Source: Polyangiales bacterium (GTDB taxonomy: Bacteria > Myxococcota_A > Polyangia > Polyangiales > Polyangiaceae). Taken from it: DNA of 64,000 nucleotides. The position numbers and the translations under genes are program-made. Within the stretch, counting starts at the first letter, position 1; each line of letters opens with the position of its first letter. The stretch is taken from assembly GCA_038230375.1 (NCBI GenBank), contig JBBRNJ010000006.1:64001-128000 (forward strand). Direction: 5' to 3'. A model generated the notes under the pieces. That model did no database searches and was not told the DNA's origin. It saw nothing but the letters and a program-made list of their open reading frames with translations. Shown here piece after piece: positions 49,559 to 57,773 of this stretch.

Positions 49559-49771
49559 GCGAGCGACCATGTCGCGAGGTGCTCGCGAGCGACCATGTCG
49601 CGAGGTGCCCGAGAACGACCATGTCGCGAGTCGCCCGCAAGCGACCATGTCGCGAGTCGCCCGCAGGCGACCATGTCGCGAGGTGCCCGAGAACGACCAT
49701 GTCGCGAGTCGCCCACGAGCGACGATGTCGCGAGCGACGATGTCGCGAGTTGCCCACGAACGACCATGCCC
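49559..49771. repeat. 26-bp tandem array (about 7.5 units) with core CGACCATGTCGCGAG
   Basis: Units start at 49559, 49585, 49611, 49637, 49663, 49689, 49715 (with an internal 15-bp duplication) and 49756 (partial). Confidence 0.95.
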
Positions 49772-49772
49772 G

Positions 49773-49917
49773 TGAACGGCGTCGGATCGAGGCGTAGACG
49801 CCCGTCAGGCAAGGCTTTGGGCGAGCACCGCGCGGAACGTACTCTTGTACGTGAGCACGGCGCGCAGCCCAAAACGAAGCCTGACGGGATGGCTACGCCT
49901 CGATCCGACGCCGTTCA
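49773..49917. mobile_element. 145-bp palindromic MITE/ERIC-like element
   Basis: Perfect 25-bp terminal inverted repeats (49773-49797 and 49893-49917); nested stems CCCGTCAGGC/GCCTGACGGG, TTTGGGC/GCCCAAA and ACGTAC-TCTT-GTACGT. Confidence 0.75.
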
Positions 49918-50595
49918 GTTGCAGCGGTAGAAGCCGGTTAGAGACCCGCTCTGCGTGCACGTCTTGCCGATGCTCGTGCACTCGTCCGTGGCTGCACCGG
50001 GATCGCACATGCGGATGCCGCTCGTGCTGCCGCTGCCGCCACATGCCGTCTTGCATTCGACGGAGAGGTAGCCGGACATCTGATCGAAGGTGCCGCAGCA
50101 GACCTGGGCGCCCGGGCAGTCCGTGTGATCGTCGCAGTGGATGGGGACGCCGGAGCACGAGCCCCCGTTCGCCACGCAGGCGTATGAGAAGTTCGGATCG
50201 CCGAAGGCCTTGGTGCCGCAGCACTCCTGCGCTTTGATGGCGCAGTAGACCGCATTGTTGTTGGTGTCAGCGCCGCAGTAGATGCCTGGGCCTGTGGTCC
50301 CGCCGCCGCTGTCTGCACTGCTGCCTGCATCGGTGCCGCCACCGCCACCGCCACCGGCGTCTTTGGTGCCGCCACCACCGCCGCCGCCTCTGCCACCACC
50401 GCCGCCGCCTCCGCCACCACCGCCTCCGCTACCGGTCCCGTTCCCCGTCCCGCTTCCGCTGCTGGCAGAAGGCGAGGGGTTGGTTCCGAACTGGGACGAC
50501 CCTGTGGTGTCGAACACGTCGCTGGGCGTGGCTCCGCTACACGCGATGAAGATTGTGGCAAGCAGGCTCGCCGATACAAGAATACGTGCGCTCAT
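49915..50595 (-). CDS. Cys-rich lipoprotein with poly-Gly linker
   Basis: TIFIAC lipobox; CDDHTDCPGAQVCC domain. Confidence 0.8.
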   Translation of the reverse strand: MSARILVSASLLATIFIACSGATPSDVFDTTGSSQFGTNPSPSASSGSGTGNGTGSGGGGGGGGGGGGRGGGGGGGTKDAGGGGGGGTDAGSSADSGGGTTGPGIYCGADTNNNAVYCAIKAQECCGTKAFGDPNFSYACVANGGSCSGVPIHCDDHTDCPGAQVCCGTFDQMSGYLSVECKTACGGSGSTSGIRMCDPGAATDECTSIGKTCTQSGSLTGFYRCN

Positions 50596-50765
50596 TCGCT
50601 GGCACCTTTCAGGGGGCTCAGTGACGGGACGCTTCTCGTGCGGTCGAGCGCATCCCGTTTCCCGGGGCGCAAACTCTCGCACGCGGACCGTGCTCCAGCA
50701 ACGTCGGGCCCCTGCTCAAACGCGTCTCTGTGGTGGATCATTCGACCCCCGTCACCGTTCTGGGC

Positions 50766-50818
50766 GAACGTACGTATTGCAAACGATCGGTTGACAAACG
50801 ATCGTTCGTTAATATAGT
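50766..50818 (+). promoter_or_regulatory. Sigma70 promoter overlapped by probable TetR operators
   Basis: TTGACA(50791)-N16-TATAGT(50813); repeated palindromic cores AACGATCGTT, AACGATCGG and ACGTACGT. Confidence 0.8.
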
Positions 50819-50824
50819 GTGGGC

Positions 50825-52036
50825 ATGCTCGAAACGTCGCTTCGGTTGCCCAATGGAACGGTCCTCCAGCATCGCCTTGCGAAGGCCGCGATGGAGGAGG
50901 CGCTCTCGGACCCGAACGAGGATCCGACGCCGGAGCTCGCGCGCCTCTACCGCCGGTGGGCCGAGGGCGGCGCGGCGCTGCTCATCACGGGCCACGTCAT
51001 GGTCGATCGCACGGCACGTGCACGGCCCCGCGACGTCGTCGTCGAGGACGACCGTGCGTTGCCGATGCTCGAGGCATGGGCAACGGCGGCGCGCAGCAAC
51101 GGGGCGGAGGTCTGGATGCAGCTCAATCATGCCGGTCGCCAGACGCCGCGCTTTGTCGCGCGCGAGCCAGTCGCGCCGTCCGCGGTGCCTGCCGTGAAGA
51201 TGTTCGCGAGCTTCGGTCGTCCGCGTGCGCTCCGCGAAGAGGAGATCGAGGAGATCATCGCGCGCTTCGGTCGCGCGGCGGAGATCGCCGAACGAGCGGG
51301 GTTCACCGGCGTGCAGATCCATGCGGCGCACGGCTACCTGCTGTCGCAGTTCCTCTCGCCTCGCACGAACCTCCGCGAGGACCAGTGGGGCGGTTCCATC
51401 GAGAACCGCGCACGCATCCTGATCCGCGTCATCCGCACGATCCGCGCGTCGGTGAAGAGCACCACCGCCGTCGGCGTGAAGTTGAACAGCGCGGACTTCC
51501 AGCGCGGCGGCTTCGACAAGGAAGACTTTGCGGCGGTCGTGCGCATGCTGGATGGTGAGGGCATCGACCTGCTCGAGATCTCCGGCGGCAACTACGAGTC
51601 GCCCACGCTCTTTGCGGGCACCAGCACCGCCTCGCGCGAGGCCTATTTTCTCGAGTTCGCGCGCGCCGTTCGGGACCTCACGTCGGTGCCCATCATGCTC
51701 ACGGGTGGCTTTCGTTCGCGCAAGGTGATGGAGGGCGCGCTCACGGAGGGCGTCGTCGACGTCATCGGGATGGCCAGGCCGCTCGCGATCGATCCAGACT
51801 TCCCTCGCCGTCTCCTCGACGGTAGCGTCGAGCGCTCCGAGGTGACCATGAAGGCCGTCTTCCTGAAATCGTTCGCAGCCCTTGCCGACGGCGCGTGGTC
51901 CTGGATGCAGATCAGACGCATGGCGCACGGCGACGCGCCGGACCCCAAGCTGTCGACGTGGCTCTCGATCGCCTACTACCTGTTCTTCGATCTCTTCCTG
52001 TCGCGTACGCGCATGATGCGCGTGGGGCGCGCGTGA
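50825..52036 (+). CDS. NADH:flavin oxidoreductase (Old Yellow Enzyme family)
   Basis: RLAKAAMEE, QLNHAGRQ, QIHAAHGYLLSQFLSP, EISGGNYE, TGGFRS. Confidence 0.93.
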   Translation: MLETSLRLPNGTVLQHRLAKAAMEEALSDPNEDPTPELARLYRRWAEGGAALLITGHVMVDRTARARPRDVVVEDDRALPMLEAWATAARSNGAEVWMQLNHAGRQTPRFVAREPVAPSAVPAVKMFASFGRPRALREEEIEEIIARFGRAAEIAERAGFTGVQIHAAHGYLLSQFLSPRTNLREDQWGGSIENRARILIRVIRTIRASVKSTTAVGVKLNSADFQRGGFDKEDFAAVVRMLDGEGIDLLEISGGNYESPTLFAGTSTASREAYFLEFARAVRDLTSVPIMLTGGFRSRKVMEGALTEGVVDVIGMARPLAIDPDFPRRLLDGSVERSEVTMKAVFLKSFAALADGAWSWMQIRRMAHGDAPDPKLSTWLSIAYYLFFDLFLSRTRMMRVGRA

Positions 52037-52716
52037 GCGGCCGCCGGACACGCGAGCCCGGAGGAGCGCGCGAGGCACGGGAGCTTCTGCCCACTGCACG
52101 CCGCGACCTTCGTCTGGTGCGCGGTGAGGAGACCCACACGCGCATTCTCGAGCGGGCGATGGATCTCTCGTCGACGCAGGGGCTCGAAGGGCTCAGCATC
52201 GGCCATCTCGCGACGTCGCTCGGCGTGAGCAAGGCAGGGTTGTTCGCGCACTTCGGCTCGAAGGAAGCGCTCCAGCTCGCGACGGTCGAGGCGGCGCGCG
52301 GCGTCTACTTCTCGACCATCATCGAGCCGGCGCTGCTCGAGCCCGAAGGTCTCCCGCGCCTGCTCCGTCTCTGCACCGCATGGCTCGACTACGTGGACCA
52401 CGACACCTTTCGTGGCGGATGCTTCTTTGCGTCGGCGTCGGCGGAGTTCGACTCGCGCCCCGGGAAGGTGCGGGATCGCATCGCGGAGACCATGCGCGAG
52501 TGGCTCGACTTCCTGGAGAGCGCTGTGCTCGATGCCATCCGCCTCAGCCACGTGAAGAAGGACACCGACGCGAAGCAGCTGGCCTTCGAGCTTCACGCGT
52601 TGGAGATGGGGGGCAACTGGGCAAGGCAGCTGCTGCTGGACCCGGAGGCCCTGAAGCGAGCACGAACCGCGATCGTCCACAGACTGGACGCGATCACGGT
52701 TCACCGCCGTTCGTAG
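52033..52716 (+). CDS. TetR/AcrR family transcriptional regulator
   Basis: SIGHLATSLGVSKAGLFAHFGSKEAL, GGCFF; GTGA overlap with the oxidoreductase stop. Confidence 0.93.
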   Translation: MSGRRTREPGGAREARELLPTARRDLRLVRGEETHTRILERAMDLSSTQGLEGLSIGHLATSLGVSKAGLFAHFGSKEALQLATVEAARGVYFSTIIEPALLEPEGLPRLLRLCTAWLDYVDHDTFRGGCFFASASAEFDSRPGKVRDRIAETMREWLDFLESAVLDAIRLSHVKKDTDAKQLAFELHALEMGGNWARQLLLDPEALKRARTAIVHRLDAITVHRRS

Positions 52717-53050
52717 GGCGCCGTCGATGTCGAAGCTACGGGCGCCGATGCGCCTGCTGCTGCGCCGGATGGGGCCCCCTCTCCGTGGATCTCCCGTCAA
52801 CGGGTACACCTTGCAGGTGTATAAATGTGCGTGAATTTGGGTATTCATCGGCATTTCCGGGATTGTTGTACACCTGGGAGGTGAACCTGGAGGCCCGCGG
52901 CCGCGGGGGCCCCTCGGCCAATCGAGACTTCGGCGACGTCGAGTGCACATACGCCGAGCGGTCCAGGTCCAGGTCCTGGTCCACGTCGTTGTCGTCGTCG
53001 TTGTCGACTTTGTGCTAGATCCGCCGCCCCTCTTCGGAATCCTCTTTTTC

Positions 53051-54007
53051 ATGCCGCAGACCCACCCCCCTCCGGCCGCCGAGCCGACCGCCGCAGACGC
53101 AGACCGCGCTGTCGACGCGCTGGAGCAGGCTGCGACCGCGGCCGAGAAGGGGCAGATGCTCGGCGTGCAGCTCTTCGCGACTGGCGCCGATCTCACGCGC
53201 GCCACCGAGCTCGACGCGCGCCGTGTGCGCGATCGACTCGACCGCGTCGTGATGGGGAACGATCCGGAGCTTGGACTCGACGTGCTGGCGGCGTCGGGGG
53301 TGCTACCCGCGCTCTTCCCGGAGGTGCACGCGCTCATCGGCTTCGGAGACGGTGAGTGGCGTCACAAGGACGTGTGGAAGCACACGAAGCAGGTCGTGCG
53401 TCAGGCGGTGCCGCGGCTCGAGGTGCGCTGGGCCTCGCTCTTTCATGACATCGGCAAGGTGAAGACGCGCAGCATCTCGCCCGACGGCAAGGTGCACTTT
53501 CTTGGCCATGCAGAGGTCGGGGCGCGCATGTTCGACAAGATGGAGCGCAGGTTGCCGCTCTTCTCGCCCGAGCCGGCGCTGAAGGACACCGTCCGCTTCC
53601 TCGTGCTGCATCACCTTCGCGCGAACCAGTACGAGCCGTCGTGGACGGACAGCGCAGTGCGTCGCTTTGCGCGTGAGCTCGGCACGCACCTCGACGACCT
53701 CATGTGCCTGGCGCGCGCGGACATCACCACGAAGCGCCCCGAGAAGAAGCGAAAGGGCCTTTCCCAGATCGACGAGCTCGGCGCGCGCGTCGCGCTGCTT
53801 GCTGCGGAAGACGCGAAGCTCCCGCCCCTGCCCACCGGCGTCGGGGACGAGGTGATGCGCGCATTCGATCTCCGTCCCTCACGCCTCATCGGCGACATCA
53901 AGCGCAAGCTCGAAGCGGCGATCGACTCCGGCGAGATCGAGGGGCGTCTCCCCAACGAGGCGTACGTCGACCTGATCAAGAAGGATCCGGCGCGCTTCGG
54001 TCTCTGA
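53051..54007 (+). CDS. HD-domain protein resembling the C-terminal half of class II CCA-adding enzymes, lacking the nucleotidyltransferase head
   Basis: RVRDRLDRVV...GLDVL...LFPEV, HKDVWKHT, LFHDIGK, FLGHAEVGA, WTDSAVRR, RAD, GDEVM...IG. Confidence 0.85.
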   Translation: MPQTHPPPAAEPTAADADRAVDALEQAATAAEKGQMLGVQLFATGADLTRATELDARRVRDRLDRVVMGNDPELGLDVLAASGVLPALFPEVHALIGFGDGEWRHKDVWKHTKQVVRQAVPRLEVRWASLFHDIGKVKTRSISPDGKVHFLGHAEVGARMFDKMERRLPLFSPEPALKDTVRFLVLHHLRANQYEPSWTDSAVRRFARELGTHLDDLMCLARADITTKRPEKKRKGLSQIDELGARVALLAAEDAKLPPLPTGVGDEVMRAFDLRPSRLIGDIKRKLEAAIDSGEIEGRLPNEAYVDLIKKDPARFGL

Positions 54008-54034
54008 GCCGTAGAGCGCGCGCGTCACACGCGG

Positions 54035-54835
54035 TCAGTGCAGGGCCGAGCCCATCCTGTAGATGGAGAACTGCAATGTGGCGCCCGCGCCGATGAGCAG
54101 GTCCTTCAGCGCGCGGTTCTCTTCTACCCACACGTTCACGTAGTCGTGCTTCGCCAGAGGCTGGAGCTCCTTCATGAGCGGCTTCGCAAGGTCCGGCTTC
54201 GCGACGCGGATGGGATAGATGCCGGGGAACGTCGGATCGAACGCGGCGAACGCCGTGGGACCCACGGCGTCCTTCAGGGCAAGCACGGCGACATCCGGCC
54301 GCTGTCGGAGCGCCTCGATGCGTGCCACGTCCAGGCCGAAGCGCTTCGCCAGCTCCTGGTCCTCCGCTGAATCAGGCGTGTACGCATTCGCCTCGATCTG
54401 CGCATCCGGAAGCGCATCGAGCGCGTTCCATGGCATGCGCAGCGTCCATCCTTCGCTCTCGCGCGACATGCCCACGCGCTCGTACAGCTTGATGGCGGGC
54501 GTGTTCTCTTGCTTCACGTTGAGGAACCACCGGGTGCATCCGTCGCCCTCGGCGCGCACCCGGAGCTCCTTCATGATCGCCGCGCCCACGCCACGTCCGC
54601 GCGCGTCCTTCGCGGCGACCACGTGCACAACGTGGGTGGTCTGTCCGTACACATGAGAGAAGCCGTACCCGAGAGCGCCGTCATCGTCCTCGACAATGAC
54701 GATGCGGGGGACCATCCGCTCCACGAACTGCTCGGGTGAGGGCAGCGGATCGGGAACGCCGAGCTCCGGGAAGAGGCGCGCGAAGGTGGTGTAGTCGGCG
54801 TCGGTCGCGCGTCTCGCCCGGAGGTCAGAAGCCAT
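54035..54835 (-). CDS. GNAT family N-acetyltransferase (tandem fold)
   Basis: ARGRGVG, LNVKQENTPAIKLYERVG. Confidence 0.88.
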   Translation of the reverse strand: MASDLRARRATDADYTTFARLFPELGVPDPLPSPEQFVERMVPRIVIVEDDDGALGYGFSHVYGQTTHVVHVVAAKDARGRGVGAAIMKELRVRAEGDGCTRWFLNVKQENTPAIKLYERVGMSRESEGWTLRMPWNALDALPDAQIEANAYTPDSAEDQELAKRFGLDVARIEALRQRPDVAVLALKDAVGPTAFAAFDPTFPGIYPIRVAKPDLAKPLMKELQPLAKHDYVNVWVEENRALKDLLIGAGATLQFSIYRMGSALH

Positions 54836-54875
54836 TCCGGGCGAGCATAGCGCGTCCGCGCTGGTGGACGTGGTC

Positions 54876-55583
54876 TCAGCGCTTGGTGAGCGAGAAGTTG
54901 CCGGGCTCCGTCGCGCTCGAGTCCGTCTGACGCTCCGTCATCTGGCCGCCCTTCACGCAGAAGTCGTACCTGTTGCCGCCCGAGGTCGTGAGAGTGTTGC
55001 CGCTCACCGTGAAGGTGGAGCCGTCGTCCACGTCCGTGTGGCTCTTCACCACGCAGTCGCAACTGGTGGTGCCGGTGCAGGTCACGCTGTCGAACGCGGA
55101 GGACATCGCGCTCTGGATCGTCGCGCACGGCGCGCCCATGGTGCAGGCGGCGGGAAGCGTGATGGTGCCCGAGAAGGTCGCCTTCGCCTTGCGGAAGAGG
55201 GAGTCACCGACGAAGTTCACGGTGCCTGCGACCGAACCCTGCACGTTCGACGATGTGGCGCTCGGGCATTGCTGCTTCACGGCAGCGAACGGATCGTCGA
55301 TGCAGCCGCCGGAGTAGTCCCACGTGCCCTGCACGTTGCCGCCGCATGCCGCCGCCGCTTGGCAGCTGCCGAACGAGATGGTCGCGGCCGTCTGACTGAC
55401 GGTCACGTCGCCCGCCGGGCCCGCGTCGCTACCACCACCACCGGGACCACCGTCCGCCTTCTGGGGCCCGGCATCCGCGCCGTTGCCGCCGTTGTCGGGA
55501 CCGGTCGCAGGGCCGTTGTTGGTCACCGTGCAGGCGACGAGGAGGAGAGCGAAGACAGAACCGAAACCAATGGATGCTTTCAT
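54876..55583 (-). CDS. Cys-rich lipoprotein
   Basis: AGGAG SD; LLLVAC lipobox; ACGGNVQGTW, YDFCVKG. Confidence 0.8.
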   Translation of the reverse strand: MKASIGFGSVFALLLVACTVTNNGPATGPDNGGNGADAGPQKADGGPGGGGSDAGPAGDVTVSQTAATISFGSCQAAAACGGNVQGTWDYSGGCIDDPFAAVKQQCPSATSSNVQGSVAGTVNFVGDSLFRKAKATFSGTITLPAACTMGAPCATIQSAMSSAFDSVTCTGTTSCDCVVKSHTDVDDGSTFTVSGNTLTTSGGNRYDFCVKGGQMTERQTDSSATEPGNFSLTKR

Positions 55584-55662
55584 GGGAACTCCTAAGTGAA
55601 TAAGGGGCCGACGACGTCGGCGGTTGCACGAGTCGAGAGAGAACAGAGGGTGAGTGGCGCCG

Positions 55663-56133
55663 CTACTGCGTGATCTGCGTGGTGCAGTTGCCACCGGTGC
55701 ACGAGTTGGTGCACTTGGCGCCAGGGAGGCAGATGAAGGTGCAGCCTCCGCCAGGGCAGCTGCCGTTGCATGTGGATCCGGACAGGCAGTCGATGGTGCA
55801 GTTGCCGCCCGGGCAGGATGTGTCGCAGGTGGCGCCGCTCTCGCAGTTCACCTTGCAGTTGCCGCCGACGCACTGGGTCTCGCAAGTAGCGCCCGAGCGG
55901 CAGTAGATCGTGACCCCGCCGCTCAAGAAGCTTCCGGTGCACGTCCCGGAGGCGCAGTCACACGAGTTGGTGTTCGATGACGGCGCACAGGCGGGGAGGC
56001 CCGACGGCGGGAAGGTCCCGTTCGTTCCAGCCTCGACCTGGGGCCCCGCATCCGAGCCCGCGGCGGGGCCCACGCTCCAGTCGTAGCAACCCGTGAGGGC
56101 GACAGCGGACAGGACGATGATCAGAGACCGCAC
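55663..56133 (-). CDS. Lipoprotein with 19-aa Cys repeats (CxSGATCxxxCxGGNCxxx)
   Basis: ALTGC lipobox after GTG; four 57-bp repeats. Confidence 0.8.
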   Translation of the reverse strand: MRSLIIVLSAVALTGCYDWSVGPAAGSDAGPQVEAGTNGTFPPSGLPACAPSSNTNSCDCASGTCTGSFLSGGVTIYCRSGATCETQCVGGNCKVNCESGATCDTSCPGGNCTIDCLSGSTCNGSCPGGGCTFICLPGAKCTNSCTGGNCTTQITQ

Positions 56134-56375
56134 GGTCCGTAGATTACCGCGGCGAGAAGTTGTGTGTACGCACGAATGAGTCCTCCTTTGCGTTGGGCCC
56201 GGCGGGCCGTTGCGACTTGCTGACGGGGACAGGTACTTCACGACCCGTGCCGTCCAGGAAAGGCCGCAAATCCCCGGAATTTCGAGGCCCGCCGCGTCAC
56301 CGGTGACCCGAAGGCGCCATGCGCGAGCAGCCAACCCGGTCACGGCTGACGCGGAGGGCTGTGGCAATCGACCCT

Positions 56376-57755
56376 CTACTCGTCGTCGGGATCTTCGATC
56401 TCGATCTGGAGTGACAGTCGCGCGATCAGCCGTTGCAGGAATCTCCGGCTCACGCCCGCTTGCTCCGCGGCGTGCGTCAGGTTGCCTCCGGTTCGCTTCA
56501 GCATCGCTCGCACGTAGACGCTCTCGAACTCCTCGGTCCACGCGTCGCGCGCGTCCTTCAGCGGCAGATGCAGTGGGACGATGCTCTCGATGCCCGCGGG
56601 GAGCACGCTCGGGGTGGGCGCGGCCAGCCTGTTGCTGTCGTCTCCCAGGCGCGGCTGCCACTGTCCAAGCGTGACGAGCCGCTCGACGTAGTTGCGAAGC
56701 TCGCGCACGTTTCCCGGCCACGGGCGCTCGCGGAGCTGCGCGAGCACCTCCTGCGGCAGCTCGGCGTTCTTGTCCGCGCTGTTGTTGAGCCGCTGGAAGA
56801 AGCGCTGCGCGAGCATCGGGATGTCATCGCGGCGCGCGCGTAGCGGCGGAAGCGAAAGCTCCACCACGGCGAGCCGGTAGTAGAGATCCTCGCGGAACGT
56901 CCCCTCGTTCACGGCCCGCGCGAGGTCGCGATTGGTGGCTGCTATCACGCGCACATCCACCGGCACTGCCTTGGTCTCACCCACGCGGCGAATGGTGCGC
57001 GACTCCAGCGCGCGCAACAGCTTGGGCTGCATGGAGAGCGGCATCTCGCCGATCTCGTCCAGGAACAGCGTGCCGCCCGTCGCCTCCTCGAAGGCGCCCT
57101 TTCTGTTGCCGATGGCGCCGGTGAATGCTCCGCGGATGTGGCCGAAGAGCTCGCTCTCGATGAGGTTCTCCGGGATCGCGCCGCAGTCCACCGGGATGAA
57201 CGGGCCCTCCGCGCGTTTTGATGCATGATGCACGGATCGAGCGGCCACGTCCTTGCCGGTGCCCGTCTCACCAGAGAAAAGGAGCGTGGTGTCGGTGGGG
57301 CTGGCGCGCTCGAGCAGCGCGTAGACGCCGCGCATCTCGATGCTGTCGCCGAGGAGCTCGCCGAACTCCGAGCGGGCGGAGAGCGCGACGAACGCGGGTG
57401 CATCACCGGCCTCGATGCGGAACGCGGAGCCGCCGACGCGAATCAGGGAGCCCGGCGGCACGTCCGCATCACGCACGCGCACGTCGCCCACGAAGGTGCC
57501 GTTGGTGCTGCCCAGGTCGCGGAGCGTCACGCTCTCCGCACGCACGTGCAGCTCGCAGTGGACGCGAGAGACGGAGGCGTCCTTCAGCCGGAGCTGATTG
57601 CCTTCCGCCGTGCCCACCTTCGCGATGCCATCGCGGACGGGGACACGCAGGCCGCGTGACGGGCCTTCGACGACGACGATCTCGATGGAGAGGACGCGCC
57701 GCGCGCCGCGGTCGGGCGCTACGCGTTCGGTCTCGTCGAGCGTGAACGTGGACAT
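56376..57755 (-). CDS. FHA-domain sigma54 enhancer-binding protein
   Basis: FHA (VSRVH, DLGSTNGT), GETGTGK, ESELFGH, GAFTGA, FLDEIGE, WPGNVREL, Fis-type HTH. Confidence 0.96.
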   Translation of the reverse strand: MSTFTLDETERVAPDRGARRVLSIEIVVVEGPSRGLRVPVRDGIAKVGTAEGNQLRLKDASVSRVHCELHVRAESVTLRDLGSTNGTFVGDVRVRDADVPPGSLIRVGGSAFRIEAGDAPAFVALSARSEFGELLGDSIEMRGVYALLERASPTDTTLLFSGETGTGKDVAARSVHHASKRAEGPFIPVDCGAIPENLIESELFGHIRGAFTGAIGNRKGAFEEATGGTLFLDEIGEMPLSMQPKLLRALESRTIRRVGETKAVPVDVRVIAATNRDLARAVNEGTFREDLYYRLAVVELSLPPLRARRDDIPMLAQRFFQRLNNSADKNAELPQEVLAQLRERPWPGNVRELRNYVERLVTLGQWQPRLGDDSNRLAAPTPSVLPAGIESIVPLHLPLKDARDAWTEEFESVYVRAMLKRTGGNLTHAAEQAGVSRRFLQRLIARLSLQIEIEDPDDE

Positions 57756-57773
57756 GATGGAAACACTACCACC

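Noticed and set aside
49559..49771. Possible CRISPR array
   Set aside because: The constant core is only 15 bp, the variable parts are 11 nt and recur, and there are no cas genes or leader.
56134..56721. Extension of the 352-aa Cys-repeat ORF
   Set aside because: It overlaps the EBP 3' end; the lipoprotein signal begins at GTG 56133.
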